Shown here: piece after piece, positions 37,901 through 46,542 of the stretch
Position numbering within the stretch: position 1 is the first letter of the stretch
Layout of the letters: each line of letters starts with the position of its first letter
Assembly (NCBI GenBank): GCA_047601445.1
Contig: JASGJH010000001.1
Location: 576,001 to 640,000, forward strand
Reading direction: 5' to 3'
DNA: 64,000 nt
Source: Myxococcales bacterium
Lineage (GTDB): Bacteria; Myxococcota_A; Polyangia; Polyangiales; DASUME01
Notes under the pieces: model-generated
Told to the model about the DNA's origin: nothing
Database searches by the model: none
Seen by the model: the letters and a program-made list of their open reading frames with translations, nothing else
Translations under genes and position numbers: made by a program

Positions 37901-39867
37901 CGGAGTCCGCCGCCCTCGCGCACGAAGATCGTGCTGCCCGCGCGCACCACCTGTCCTCCATTGTCCACCACGTAGGCCTCCACGCGGTTGTTCCCGGCGA
38001 GCGCCGTGTCCAGTGGGAAGTCGAAGTGGGCCTTGCGCCCGTTGTCTTCCAGCGTCTCCAGCGTGCGTTGGTCCACGGCCTGGCCTTCATGGAGCCAATC
38101 CACGTAGACTCTGCCCGGATCGGTGGTGGTGATGTCGATGCCGACAGTCTCTCCCACGTCGTAGACCGCGCGATCGGTGCGCACGAGCACGTGCTCCTTG
38201 CCGACCTGGTTGCCGAACGTGAACGTCTGAGAGAGGACCTCGAGAGAGGGCAGCGTGGTGGTGGTGAGGATACCCCCGGTGGAGCTGGCCTCGGGCGTGA
38301 GCTCGGCCACCGCTTGTCCGAAGGCATCCGTGACGACGTTGTCCGTGTTGCCGTCGAGCTTGAGCTGCACGCTGGCATTCGCGACCGGGCCGCCTCCAGG
38401 ATCGGAGACGAACACTTGCACGCGATTGGGGACACCGGGCACGAGCGTCGTGGCCTCGGGCACGAGCACCACATTGGCGGCCTGTGCTGCGACCGTCACG
38501 GCCACGTCTTTCTCGACAATCTGCCCCGCCGCGTCCGTGACCTTCACGTGCAGCGACACGAGGGCTTGGCCCTGCTCGAGCGGCAGGCCCACGAGAGCGC
38601 GGGGCAGGGCGACCTCGAAGGGGAAGCGCCCATCGGCCGCGGTTTTGCCCACCACGCGCGCGAACGCGTTGGAGCCCAAGTCCAGGCTCGACGCGGTGAT
38701 TTCCACATCGCCTGCGCTCACGTGCTTGCCGAAGAAGTAGCGCGCGTCCACCGTGCCTTGGACCTTGTCTGCGGGGCGGTACCAGACTTTGTCGAGGTGC
38801 GTGTCCAACGCGAACTTAGGCAGCACGTAGCGGGAGACCTCGAAAGTCTTCTGCGCATCGACGTCGCCCACCACCGCGTGGACCTGGAACGTGCCGAGGT
38901 TCAGCACGCTGCCCAGGCGAAACTCCACGGAAGCGATGCCGTAGGCGTCGCTCTGAAGGTCGCGCTTGAAAATCTTGTTGCCCTTGCCGTCGAGGATTTC
39001 GAAGCGCACCGGGACTTGCGCTACCGGTTCGTTGGATCCCTTGCGCAGCGAGAGCGCGCGCAGGTGGACGTTCTGCCCGGGCTGATAGATGGGTTTGTCC
39101 GTGGTGAGCAAGAGCCGTGAGCCCCCGGACTCCACGTTCACCGCTTGCTCCACGTCCGCGTGGGTACCGCAACTCTCGGCCTGCGCGCTGATCTGATAGT
39201 CACCGGCGTCGTCGAGGGAAAGCTCGAAGAACGCATCGCCGCGTGCGTCGGTTTGCGCGCTGAGTCGCTTCGCTTCCGCGTCGCCCCGCTTCAGCAAGAG
39301 CACCACGGGAGCCCCGGGCACCGGCGCGAACGACTTCGGATCGTGAGCGCGCACTCGGTAGCTCACGTTCTTGCCGGCGGACATTCGGGCCGGACCTTCG
39401 AGCCGAACTTCGTAGCGGGGCAGGGCGCTGAATGCGCTGCGCGTAACCGAAAGACCGCCGTTCTCGCCGTCGTGGATGTGCACGTTGAACGCCACCAGCT
39501 CGGCTTGTTCCACGATGGCTTGGGGCAAGTGCAAGCTGGCCTCGAACTCGCCCTGGGACTGCTTGGTGAGGTCCACTCGGAGTGGCCCCGCATCGAGCAC
39601 GCCGTCTCCCACCACGGGCACGAGCTCGAGCTTGAGCTCGGTGGCGACCCCCTTGGAAGTGACGCGCTGAACCGGCACCGTGAGGCGCAGCTCCTGGCCC
39701 TCGACGCGCGCGCGGATGGCGCCTTCGTCCACCGCCACCAGAGCGTTCTGGGCGCGGTCCTGGTCCGTCGCGGGAGAGGGCTCGTGATCGCGACCACAGG
39801 CGCCGAGCGCGAGCGCCAGACTAATGATGGCGGTCAGAGGACTTGAAGCGGGGCGGGCGGCTAGCAT
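34951..39867 (-). CDS. Alpha-2-macroglobulin family lipoprotein with intact thioester motif
   Basis: Lipobox LGAC, TDKPIYQPG MG domains, VRREFPET, PLADSITEW, thioester PYGCFEQ (CFEQ at 36379-36390), GGFSWFG, FGSTQAT, receptor-binding-like C-terminus. Confidence 0.9.
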   Translation of the reverse strand: MLAARPASSPLTAIISLALALGACGRDHEPSPATDQDRAQNALVAVDEGAIRARVEGQELRLTVPVQRVTSKGVATELKLELVPVVGDGVLDAGPLRVDLTKQSQGEFEASLHLPQAIVEQAELVAFNVHIHDGENGGLSVTRSAFSALPRYEVRLEGPARMSAGKNVSYRVRAHDPKSFAPVPGAPVVLLLKRGDAEAKRLSAQTDARGDAFFELSLDDAGDYQISAQAESCGTHADVEQAVNVESGGSRLLLTTDKPIYQPGQNVHLRALSLRKGSNEPVAQVPVRFEILDGKGNKIFKRDLQSDAYGIASVEFRLGSVLNLGTFQVHAVVGDVDAQKTFEVSRYVLPKFALDTHLDKVWYRPADKVQGTVDARYFFGKHVSAGDVEITASSLDLGSNAFARVVGKTAADGRFPFEVALPRALVGLPLEQGQALVSLHVKVTDAAGQIVEKDVAVTVAAQAANVVLVPEATTLVPGVPNRVQVFVSDPGGGPVANASVQLKLDGNTDNVVTDAFGQAVAELTPEASSTGGILTTTTLPSLEVLSQTFTFGNQVGKEHVLVRTDRAVYDVGETVGIDITTTDPGRVYVDWLHEGQAVDQRTLETLEDNGRKAHFDFPLDTALAGNNRVEAYVVDNGGQVVRAGSTIFVREGGGLRIELATDKPQYEPGQPAKLTFSVTDAAGQPKVAALGVQIVDEAVFALVDAKPGLLRTYFELDDAFAEPHYQIGAPAGSVESLLFDDTRSDDQAKNAAAQERARASFAALGDMGVTGLHAGSWSATLQRMKTLLAPSLESEGKQLEAEVRRLVKRGQRWLASKGCSSQSYCENLGNSYASLLVDYVETHWGAADPWGRSYQVQPGYNTLSLLSRGPDEVNGTDDDCSVTVNAPTLPSLDVAAADGEFDDGDLDFAPEEHAGNPGNFGDAGISSPEPESGPSTGEPRVRREFPETLYVNPALITDPNGTATVEVPLADSITEWRVSSLANALDGTLGGGSHGVTVFQDFFVDIAFPAELTRGDEVTFPIALYNYLDEPQSVTVTLQASDWYTPIGATSTTVELAANAVQGVSFPVRVDDVGVHTLTAKAVGKQRSDAVERSVRVVADGKAFPAAQSGALGAGSQHLSVSYPNNAVPGSQELSLSVFPAFLSSVVSGMDTMLQAPYGCFEQTTSTTWPNVLVLRYMRDTQQITPEIELKAESYISAGYQRLLTYEHPTGGFSWFGTQDGHPYLSVTAFGVMEFADMAAVFEVDDAMLTRTITWLVGQQQGDGSWQGDQTEFFDFQTSLVRNTAFVVWALSSAGHQGDDIGRGLSYLRAHWNDDAKDAYTLAMVANAFASAAASDETLDSVLAALDGLKKVDGSKLSWDTGGTQTSFYGAGNDAAVTTTALVAHALLNAGAYPDLVKGAIESLVASRDQAGNFGSTQATIWTLKTLLLAARKGSSPALGDLSVLVDGQPLAQVPFTADQSDVLTTIDLASVATTGAHDVTLTFAGTGKLSYNLVSGYHLPWNQVPAQPAAPLAVGVSYDRTQLAVNDLARATVAITNQSGGRADMILVDVGIPPGFEVQTDDLDAYVSAHSLSKYELTPRQLILYVSSLETDEVRSFQYRLRATMPVKASDGGAEVYPYYEPARKSQAPGVTLVASE

Positions 39868-40072
39868 GGCCGGGGCCCGTTGCACGACCTGAGCCAACCT
39901 CGAATGGGCCAATTTTACGAGACTTTTGTGGGTTCACCCCGACACGCCCTGAGTCAGATGCCGAACGCTTTGGGCCAGCCTGTGCCAGCGCAAACGTGGG
40001 AGCGCGAACCCAACTCGGGCGCGAACCATGGCGGGGGCTTCGCCCCGTCGTGGGGAGGGCGCTGCGGGCGCG

Positions 40073-40561
40073 TCAGTCCTGCACGAGCATGTAGCTGATC
40101 GTGTAGTGACCCTCGCAGGGAGGCGAGTCCTGGCCGGCACTCTCGAAGTGGACGGTGCCGCTGACGACCACCGGGCTCAGCTGGGTCAGCATGCCGCTGA
40201 TTTCGGTGGTGAGGTTGATGAGCTCGCAGTGCGAGCTGCCGGTGGAGGTGCACTGGTCGGCGCTCGTGGCCGTCGAGTTCGCCGTACAGCCGGGGGGGTG
40301 CCACCACGCGCCCTTCGCGAGGTTGTAGGTCTGCGGTGGCAGGTCACCGCACGTCCCGTCCAACCTCACGTACGCCACCAGGACCGTTCCCGTGAGCTCG
40401 TCGATGTCGCAGTCCGTGAAGCCGGCGTCGGCACGCGCCGCATCCTGGCCTGCGTCGTGCTGGTGTTGGTCGCCCGAGTTCGAATCCCCACAGCCTTCGC
40501 AGCACACGAGCAAGCGAATGGCCTGAAGCGCAGCTCGAAGGGACCGTGGATGCACCTGCAT
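40073..40561 (-). CDS. Hypothetical Cys-rich lipoprotein-like protein
   Basis: C-terminal part of the long ORF: GCGDS..DAG linker and several cysteines. Start uncertain. Confidence 0.5.
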   Translation of the reverse strand: MQVHPRSLRAALQAIRLLVCCEGCGDSNSGDQHQHDAGQDAARADAGFTDCDIDELTGTVLVAYVRLDGTCGDLPPQTYNLAKGAWWHPPGCTANSTATSADQCTSTGSSHCELINLTTEISGMLTQLSPVVVSGTVHFESAGQDSPPCEGHYTISYMLVQD

Positions 40562-40569
40562 CCTTGATA

Positions 40570-41427
40570 TTACGCGATTCCGATCAAGCTGCGGGCCTCG
40601 GCAGGGCTCGCGATCTCGCGTCCGACTTCGCGCGCCACGCGAACCAGGGTCTCGATGAGCTGACCGTTGCCCGAGCTCTTCTCCCCGCTGGGGAGATAGA
40701 ACGTGTCCTCCACGCCGGTGCGCAGCATGCCTCCCAGCTCGGCGACCTTGCGCTGCAAGGGCCAAATGTCCTGACGTCCAATGGCGGTGACCTGCCAGTT
40801 GGAACCCGGCTTGATGAGCTTCAGCAGAATCGGCAGCAAATCCGGATCGGCGGGCATGCCTGACTCCACACCCATCACGAAGTTGTACTCGGGATGTCGG
40901 GTGAGCCCAGCGTCGGCGTAGAGGCCCACGCAGCGCACGATGCCCACGTCGAAGCACTCGAACTCGGGCACGGTGTTCGTCTTGGCCATCGCCTTCAGGA
41001 AGCGCTCGACCTTCTCGACCCCGTTGTCGAACAACATGGGAGGCCAGGCCCAGGAGCCATCGGACTTCACCTTCAAATAGTTGAGTGAGCCCGCGTTGCA
41101 GGCCGCCATCTCGGGCTTCACGCGCTCGAGGCAGCCCAGGGGACCCGAAATGTCGGGACCCACCGTGCCAGTGGTCATGTTGATGATCACGCCGGGGCAG
41201 GCGTCGCGAATGGCTTGGGTGACCTCGGCGGCCACCTCGGGATCCCAGCTCGGCAGGTGTCCCAGGCCCGGCGTGGGGTTGCGGTAGTGCACATGCATCA
41301 CCGAGGCCCCCGCGTCGAAGGCTTCCTTGGCGCTCTTGGCCATCTCGGAGGCGGTCACCGGGACCGGATGCTGCTTGGGGTTGGTGAGCACTCCCGTGAG
41401 GGCACAGGTCACGACGGCTTTCTGCAT
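40570..41427 (-). CDS. 3-keto-5-aminohexanoate cleavage enzyme family (BKACE/DUF849)
   Basis: VTCALTG, PVT..E, AGASVMHVH.R, NMTTG, PEFECFD, RTGVED. Confidence 0.9.
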   Translation of the reverse strand: MQKAVVTCALTGVLTNPKQHPVPVTASEMAKSAKEAFDAGASVMHVHYRNPTPGLGHLPSWDPEVAAEVTQAIRDACPGVIINMTTGTVGPDISGPLGCLERVKPEMAACNAGSLNYLKVKSDGSWAWPPMLFDNGVEKVERFLKAMAKTNTVPEFECFDVGIVRCVGLYADAGLTRHPEYNFVMGVESGMPADPDLLPILLKLIKPGSNWQVTAIGRQDIWPLQRKVAELGGMLRTGVEDTFYLPSGEKSSGNGQLIETLVRVAREVGREIASPAEARSLIGIA

Positions 41428-41462
41428 GGGGAGCAGTATGCCGTCGCCCCGTGGTCGAAACA

Positions 41463-41482
41463 ATGAATGAGTATTCATTCTG
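41463..41482. promoter_or_regulatory. TetR-type operator resembling the Bacillus FadR(YsiA) box
   Basis: aTGAATGAGTATTCATTCtg palindrome, about 40 bp upstream of the BKACE start. Confidence 0.6.
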
Positions 41483-41535
41483 TGGCGATTTCGGAGCGAG
41501 CGATACTTGCGGGCTTCCGTGCGCATCTGTACAGT

Positions 41536-41553
41536 GCTGATCCATGGTTCAGC
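41536..41553. promoter_or_regulatory. Candidate LexA-like dyad overlapping the helicase start codon
   Basis: GCTGATC-CATG-GTTCAGC, one mismatch from CTGAAC-N4-GTTCAG. Confidence 0.35.
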
Positions 41554-44030
41554 GGCGTAGCGAAGATCGCCTCGATTTCGGGCCTTTTCAGGCCAAAAGG
41601 CCGCCCCCTTGGGCGCTCGCTCGCGGCCTCTCGGGGGTGCTCGGTAGCTGGCGCGAGGACCTGGGCATGGCGCGCTGCTTCACGCTCGACCAGACGCTTC
41701 TCGGACGCGAGGCTCGCTACGGGGCGCTGCCTACTGAGCTGCATCCAACGCTCGTGAAGGCGCTTGCGAGCAAGGGTATCGACCAGCTCTACTCCCATCA
41801 GTCGGAGGCCTTCGGGCTCGCCACGCAGGGGCACGACCTGGTGGTGTCCACGCCCACCGCTTCCGGCAAGAGCCTCTGTTACAACCTGCCGGTGCTCGAC
41901 GCGTTGGCCCGCGATCCGGCCGCCCGAGCCATCTATCTCTTTCCCACGAAGGCGCTCTCGCGTGATCAAGAGGAGGCCTTGCGGACCCTGATGGGCGACG
42001 CGGGTCTCGACCGCGGCGCCATCACCTACGACGGCGATACGCCGGGGGATGCGCGCCGGGCAGCGCGCGAGCGGGCGGCGGTGCTGCTCACGAACCCGGA
42101 CATGCTGCACGCAGGCATCTTGCCGCACCATGCCAACTGGGCGCGTGTGTTCTCCAACCTGCGCTACGTGGTGATCGACGAACTGCACACGTATCGCGGC
42201 GTGTTCGGCTCGCACTTGGCCAATGTGCTGCGCCGGTTACTGCGCATTGCTGCCTTCCACGGTTCGTCACCGGTCGTCATCTTCGCGTCGGCCACCATCG
42301 GCAATCCCAGGGAGCATGCGTCGCGCATGTTGGGACGCGAGGTCGTGCAGGTGGGCGAGAGCGGTGCGCCGGCAGGACCCCGCAGCGTCCTCGTGTACAA
42401 CCCGCCGGTCGTCAACGCCGAGCTCGGGATCCGGCAGAGCTACCTGAAAGCCACAGTGCGGCTCACCGCCGATCTGGTGCGCGCGGAGGTGCCGACGTTG
42501 GTGTTCGGCCAGGGGCGCAATCAGGTCGAGACGATGCTCAAGTATCTGCGTGAGAAGCTGGCTCCCTACAAGGTCGAGCCCGAACAGATCATGAGCTATC
42601 GAGGTGGCTATCTGCCGGAGACGCGACGCCGTATCGAAGCGGGGCTGCGCGCAGGGGACATTCGCTGCGTCGTGGCCACCAATGCGCTCGAGCTCGGCAT
42701 CGACATCGGCTGTTTGGATGCGGTGGTGTGCGCCGGCTATCCAGGGAGCGTGGCGGCGCTGTGGCAACGCTTCGGGCGGGCAGGGCGGCGTCGCGAAGGT
42801 TCGCTGGCGGTGCTCGTCGCTTCCAGTGCGCCGCTCGATCAGTACTGTGCGCGCGACCCAGAAGCCATCGTCGGCGCGCCGGTGGAGCAGGCGCGCATCG
42901 ATCCGGACAACGTGGAGATCTTGGTGCAGCACCTGAAGTGCGCGGCCTTCGAGCTGCCCTTCGAGGAGGGCGAGAAGTTCGGCAGCGTGAGCGCCGACGA
43001 CACCACCGAGGCCCTCGATTTCTTGGCCAAGCACGAGCTGCTGCATCCGGTGCCCGGGCGCGAAGGCCGGCGCGTGTACCACTGGGCGGCGGATGCCTAT
43101 CCGGCCAACCACGTGTCGTTGCGCAGTGTGGGCTGGGACAATTTCGTGGTGGTCGAAGAGCGCGGGTCCACACGCGAGCAGAACCAGAGCCGCGACGACA
43201 ATCACACCATCGCCGAGATGGACTATCGGTCAACGCACACCATGTTGCACGAGCAAGCCATCTATCAGCACGAGGGCGAGCAATATCAGGTCGAGCGACT
43301 CGACTTCGAGAATCACAAGGCCTTCGTGCGCAAGGTCGATCCGGACTACTTCACCACGGCGATGACGTACACGCGTGTGGAAGTGATCGACGAGGACCAG
43401 CAGGCTCGCGAGCACGAGGGGGCGCTGTCCGGGCTGGGCGAGGTGTCGGTGGTCGAGAAGGTGGTGGGCTACAAGAAGATCAAGTTCCACACCCATGAGA
43501 ACGTGGGCTACGGAGAGGTACGCCTGCCCGAGATGCAGATGCACACCACGGCGTTCTGGTGGATGGTCACGGAGTCCGTGGTGGAGTCGTTGCCATACGC
43601 GCGGGCCACGGTGATCGACGCCATGCGAGGCTTCGGGAATGCGCTGCACACGGTGTCCGCCATCGGCTTGATGACTGACCCGCGAGACCTCGGGCGCGCC
43701 ATCGGCGACCGCACCGATCCCGACAGTCCGCCAGGTAAGCGCCGCGGCTCGCCGGGCTTCGACCCCACGATCTTCCTCTATGACCACGTGCCAGGCGGCA
43801 TCGGCTTGGCACCGCGTCTGTTCGAGGCGCGTGAAGAGCTGTTGCGCCGTGCCCGTGGGCTGGCCCTCGATTGCAGCTGCGAGGCAGGTTGTCCAGCCTG
43901 TATCGGTCCCGAGGTCGGGCAGCTGGTGTTGCCGAGCGGACAAGTGCAAACGCTGGAGCCGAGTCCCATCTCGCGCAGGCGCGTCATTGCCGAGCTCCTC
44001 GACGCCGTCGGAATCGTGTCGAGGCACTGA
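41544..44030 (+). CDS. DEAD/DEAH helicase with DUF1998 (MrfA/YprA-like)
   Basis: TASGKS, DELH, SAT, ATNALELGIDIG, QRFGRAGR, YDHVPGGIG, CSCEAGCPAC. Confidence 0.92.
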   Translation: MVQRRSEDRLDFGPFQAKRPPPWALARGLSGVLGSWREDLGMARCFTLDQTLLGREARYGALPTELHPTLVKALASKGIDQLYSHQSEAFGLATQGHDLVVSTPTASGKSLCYNLPVLDALARDPAARAIYLFPTKALSRDQEEALRTLMGDAGLDRGAITYDGDTPGDARRAARERAAVLLTNPDMLHAGILPHHANWARVFSNLRYVVIDELHTYRGVFGSHLANVLRRLLRIAAFHGSSPVVIFASATIGNPREHASRMLGREVVQVGESGAPAGPRSVLVYNPPVVNAELGIRQSYLKATVRLTADLVRAEVPTLVFGQGRNQVETMLKYLREKLAPYKVEPEQIMSYRGGYLPETRRRIEAGLRAGDIRCVVATNALELGIDIGCLDAVVCAGYPGSVAALWQRFGRAGRRREGSLAVLVASSAPLDQYCARDPEAIVGAPVEQARIDPDNVEILVQHLKCAAFELPFEEGEKFGSVSADDTTEALDFLAKHELLHPVPGREGRRVYHWAADAYPANHVSLRSVGWDNFVVVEERGSTREQNQSRDDNHTIAEMDYRSTHTMLHEQAIYQHEGEQYQVERLDFENHKAFVRKVDPDYFTTAMTYTRVEVIDEDQQAREHEGALSGLGEVSVVEKVVGYKKIKFHTHENVGYGEVRLPEMQMHTTAFWWMVTESVVESLPYARATVIDAMRGFGNALHTVSAIGLMTDPRDLGRAIGDRTDPDSPPGKRRGSPGFDPTIFLYDHVPGGIGLAPRLFEAREELLRRARGLALDCSCEAGCPACIGPEVGQLVLPSGQVQTLEPSPISRRRVIAELLDAVGIVSRH

Positions 44031-44041
44031 GGAGGAGCCGC

Positions 44042-45610
44042 GTGGGAAAGCTGGGCGCGAAACTGGAACGACTCGGAGGAATCGGACGCAGGACGTACAC
44101 GGAGACGGTTCCCGAGGTCGTGGCGGAGGCGGAGGCTGTGGCGGAGACCGTGGCGGAGACCGTGGCGGAGATCGTGACCACACCCCTGCCTGTGACCGTT
44201 CCCGTATCCGACGTCGCACCTGCCTCGGAATCCGTAGCTCGCGTTGCAAGACGAGCTCAGATCTCCTCGCTTCGCCTCCAAATGAACTCCTTGAGCGTGA
44301 AGCTTACGCGAGACCGCGAGCGATCACGAAGTACTCCGTTTCCTGCCGACTCGCGAACCGCGCCCGCACCCGCGATGGCCACCGCCCCCGCCACCGCCCC
44401 CGCCACCGCCCCCGCCACCGCCACTTCGCTTCCTGGTGTTCTTCTTTCGACTCCTCACGGCTCTCTGCGCAGTGTGGTCACGCGTTTTGCGGAGGAGCAT
44501 CGGCACGGGTCGGTGCCTGTGGCGCGTGCACTCTCGGCCTGCGCTCGCTCGCTCTCGGTGCTCGCGCTCGATCCGGCGTTGGCGGAGGTCGATTTCACGC
44601 GGGCCCTGTACATCGACACGGAGACCACCGGACTCCTCGGGGGCACGGGCACGCTTCCGTTCTTGATCGGGTGTGCGCGCTTCGAGCTCGGGAGCTTGGT
44701 GGTGGAGCAGCTGTTGCTCGAGCGGCCCGGTCACGAAGGGCCCATGCTGCGTCGCCTCGCTGAGCTCTTGGCCCAGGCGAGCTGCATCGTGAGCTTCAAT
44801 GGCAAGAGCTTCGATTGGCCCCTGCTGCGTACACGCTTCATCATGAACCGGGTGCCAGCCCCCAAGGTGCCGGCCCATCTCGACCTGCTGCACTGCGCAC
44901 GCCGTGTCTACAAGCGACGCCTCGGTAGCGTGCGCCTCATCGAGCTCGAGGCTGCAGTGCTCGGGTTCGAGCGCATCGAAGACTTGCCCGGTGAGCTCAT
45001 CCCCGAAACCTATCTCGGCTTCTTGCGGGGCCGCACGCCGGGGGCCGCGCTGTGGCCGGTGGTGGAGCACAACCGCAGCGATCTGGTGGCGTTGCCGGCC
45101 ATGTTGGGAGAGTTGGTGCGTCGGTTCGCCGAGCCGAGCGCTCCGGAGCTTCGGCAGGATGCGCGAGATCAGCTGGGCTTTGCTCAGGTCGCAGCCCGCG
45201 CCGACGACCCACAGCGCGCGCTGGCCTTTGCGCAAGCGGCGGCCGAGTCCGACGTGAGAGGAGAGCTCGCCCCTGAGGCCATGTACCTGGCCGGGATGCT
45301 CAAGCTCAAGGTCGGAGACCTCGCCGGCGCAGTGTGCGCGTTCAGGGACTCGCTGGAGGCTTCCCACGGGCGCGCGGAGGCCAGCGCGCGTGCTCACCTC
45401 GCGCTCGCCAAGATGTTCGAGCATCGCTTGAAGGATCCCGAGCGCGCGTTCTTCCATGCCCCTCATACAGGACTTGCCGAGGGAAATGAGGCTTCTGCGC
45501 GGCGCGTGCAGCGCCTGCAAAAGAAGTGGCAGCGCTGTTTGGGAGCAGCCAGCGCTGAGGGAACCGCGGACGTGCTGCGAGGGGGGCTGTTGGAAAAAAT
45601 CGTCGAGTGA
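44042..45610 (+). CDS. RNase H-like DEDD exonuclease with TPR (MrfB/YprB-like)
   Basis: IDTETTG, SFNGKSFDWP, HLDLLH, HNRSDL, C-terminal LAKMFEH TPR; directly follows the helicase. Confidence 0.88.
   Translation: MGKLGAKLERLGGIGRRTYTETVPEVVAEAEAVAETVAETVAEIVTTPLPVTVPVSDVAPASESVARVARRAQISSLRLQMNSLSVKLTRDRERSRSTPFPADSRTAPAPAMATAPATAPATAPATATSLPGVLLSTPHGSLRSVVTRFAEEHRHGSVPVARALSACARSLSVLALDPALAEVDFTRALYIDTETTGLLGGTGTLPFLIGCARFELGSLVVEQLLLERPGHEGPMLRRLAELLAQASCIVSFNGKSFDWPLLRTRFIMNRVPAPKVPAHLDLLHCARRVYKRRLGSVRLIELEAAVLGFERIEDLPGELIPETYLGFLRGRTPGAALWPVVEHNRSDLVALPAMLGELVRRFAEPSAPELRQDARDQLGFAQVAARADDPQRALAFAQAAAESDVRGELAPEAMYLAGMLKLKVGDLAGAVCAFRDSLEASHGRAEASARAHLALAKMFEHRLKDPERAFFHAPHTGLAEGNEASARRVQRLQKKWQRCLGAASAEGTADVLRGGLLEKIVE
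44087..44423. repeat. Hexamer/dodecamer low-complexity tracts inside the mrfB-like N-terminus
   Basis: (gtggcggagacc)n encoding VAET at about 44120-44170 and (gccaccgccccc)n encoding ATAP at 44378-44423. Confidence 0.75.
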
Positions 45611-45893
45611 GACTGCCTCCATTGAAAACTGTGAAGTGGCCCACTGTCGAGTGTGGTGTCCGATCAAAAATACAGTGATCGTCCGCCGCGCAGGACGTGC
45701 TCGAGTGCGACAGACGAATATTTCGCTGCTCTCGTGGCTGCTTGCCGCGAGCGAGCGCGAGACGAGGCGACGCGAGCGCGACATGTGTGCTCGGACTTCT
45801 GTTCTGTCCGCGAACAGGAGTGCAACGTCGAAGGCTTGCTGTCGCGAACGGTAAAAGGACGTTCGGCGTTGTACGCTCTAGCGTTCTGCTGGC

Positions 45894-46496
45894 GTGAGGG
45901 TGCACCACGTGAGAAGCGCGAACCCAAAGAGATTTCGGGTCATCGTCGGGGTCGATTTCTCCGAACAAGCGGCCAATGCGATTTACGAGAGCGTTCAGCT
46001 CGCGCGCGTCATGCCGCGGATCAACATGCACTACGTCCACGTCGTGGAGACGCCTTCGGATCTCGACGATGCCAATGTTATCGAGGCGCTCAACGAACGC
46101 CTCTCCCGAACACTGATTCGCCTCGAGCGCTATGTGCGTGACGCGCTGTTCGCGTTCGGTGGCAACGAAGCCTGGGGTTGCGACGTGGCCTTTCACGTGC
46201 GCCTCGGGGCGCCCGCTCCGGCCCTGCGCCAGGCGGCCGCTGACGCCGACGCCGACCTCATCATCGTGGGCGCTGACCAGGTCAGCGGGTTGCGCAAGCT
46301 GTTCCATCGCTCCACGGCCGAGCAACTCGTCCGCATGGCGCACATGCCCGTCGTCGTCGCCCATCAAAAGAACTTCCGAACGCCGGCCCGTGCGCCCTCG
46401 GAGCCGGTGGGCACGCCGCACGGCGGACTCACCACGCACAGCTACGTGGACTTCGGCGAGCCACGCCGCGACAGCCATCTCAACGGGTCCTTCTAG
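45894..46496 (+). CDS. Universal stress protein
   Basis: VIVGVDFSEQA, VHVV, ADLIIVG, STAEQLVRMAHMPVVV. Confidence 0.85.
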   Translation: MRVHHVRSANPKRFRVIVGVDFSEQAANAIYESVQLARVMPRINMHYVHVVETPSDLDDANVIEALNERLSRTLIRLERYVRDALFAFGGNEAWGCDVAFHVRLGAPAPALRQAAADADADLIIVGADQVSGLRKLFHRSTAEQLVRMAHMPVVVAHQKNFRTPARAPSEPVGTPHGGLTTHSYVDFGEPRRDSHLNGSF

Positions 46497-46542
46497 ACCC
46501 GTTCACGTCCACCCGCTTTCGACTCGCGCTACACTCGCGGGC

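Noticed and set aside
40005..40070. gcgcgaacc direct repeat and GC hairpin downstream of the small lipoprotein gene
   Set aside because: Short, without a U-tract, and only loosely similar to 15420-15500; not enough to call a terminator or repeat family.
41544..44030. DUF1998 helicase as a DISARM/Druantia defence component together with dam
   Set aside because: The partner is an MrfB-like exonuclease, no other defence genes are adjacent, and dam is 23 kb away.
45611..45893. Lower-GC intergenic stretch as a possible sRNA or small ORF
   Set aside because: No recognisable structure, motif or codon bias; probably the usp promoter region.
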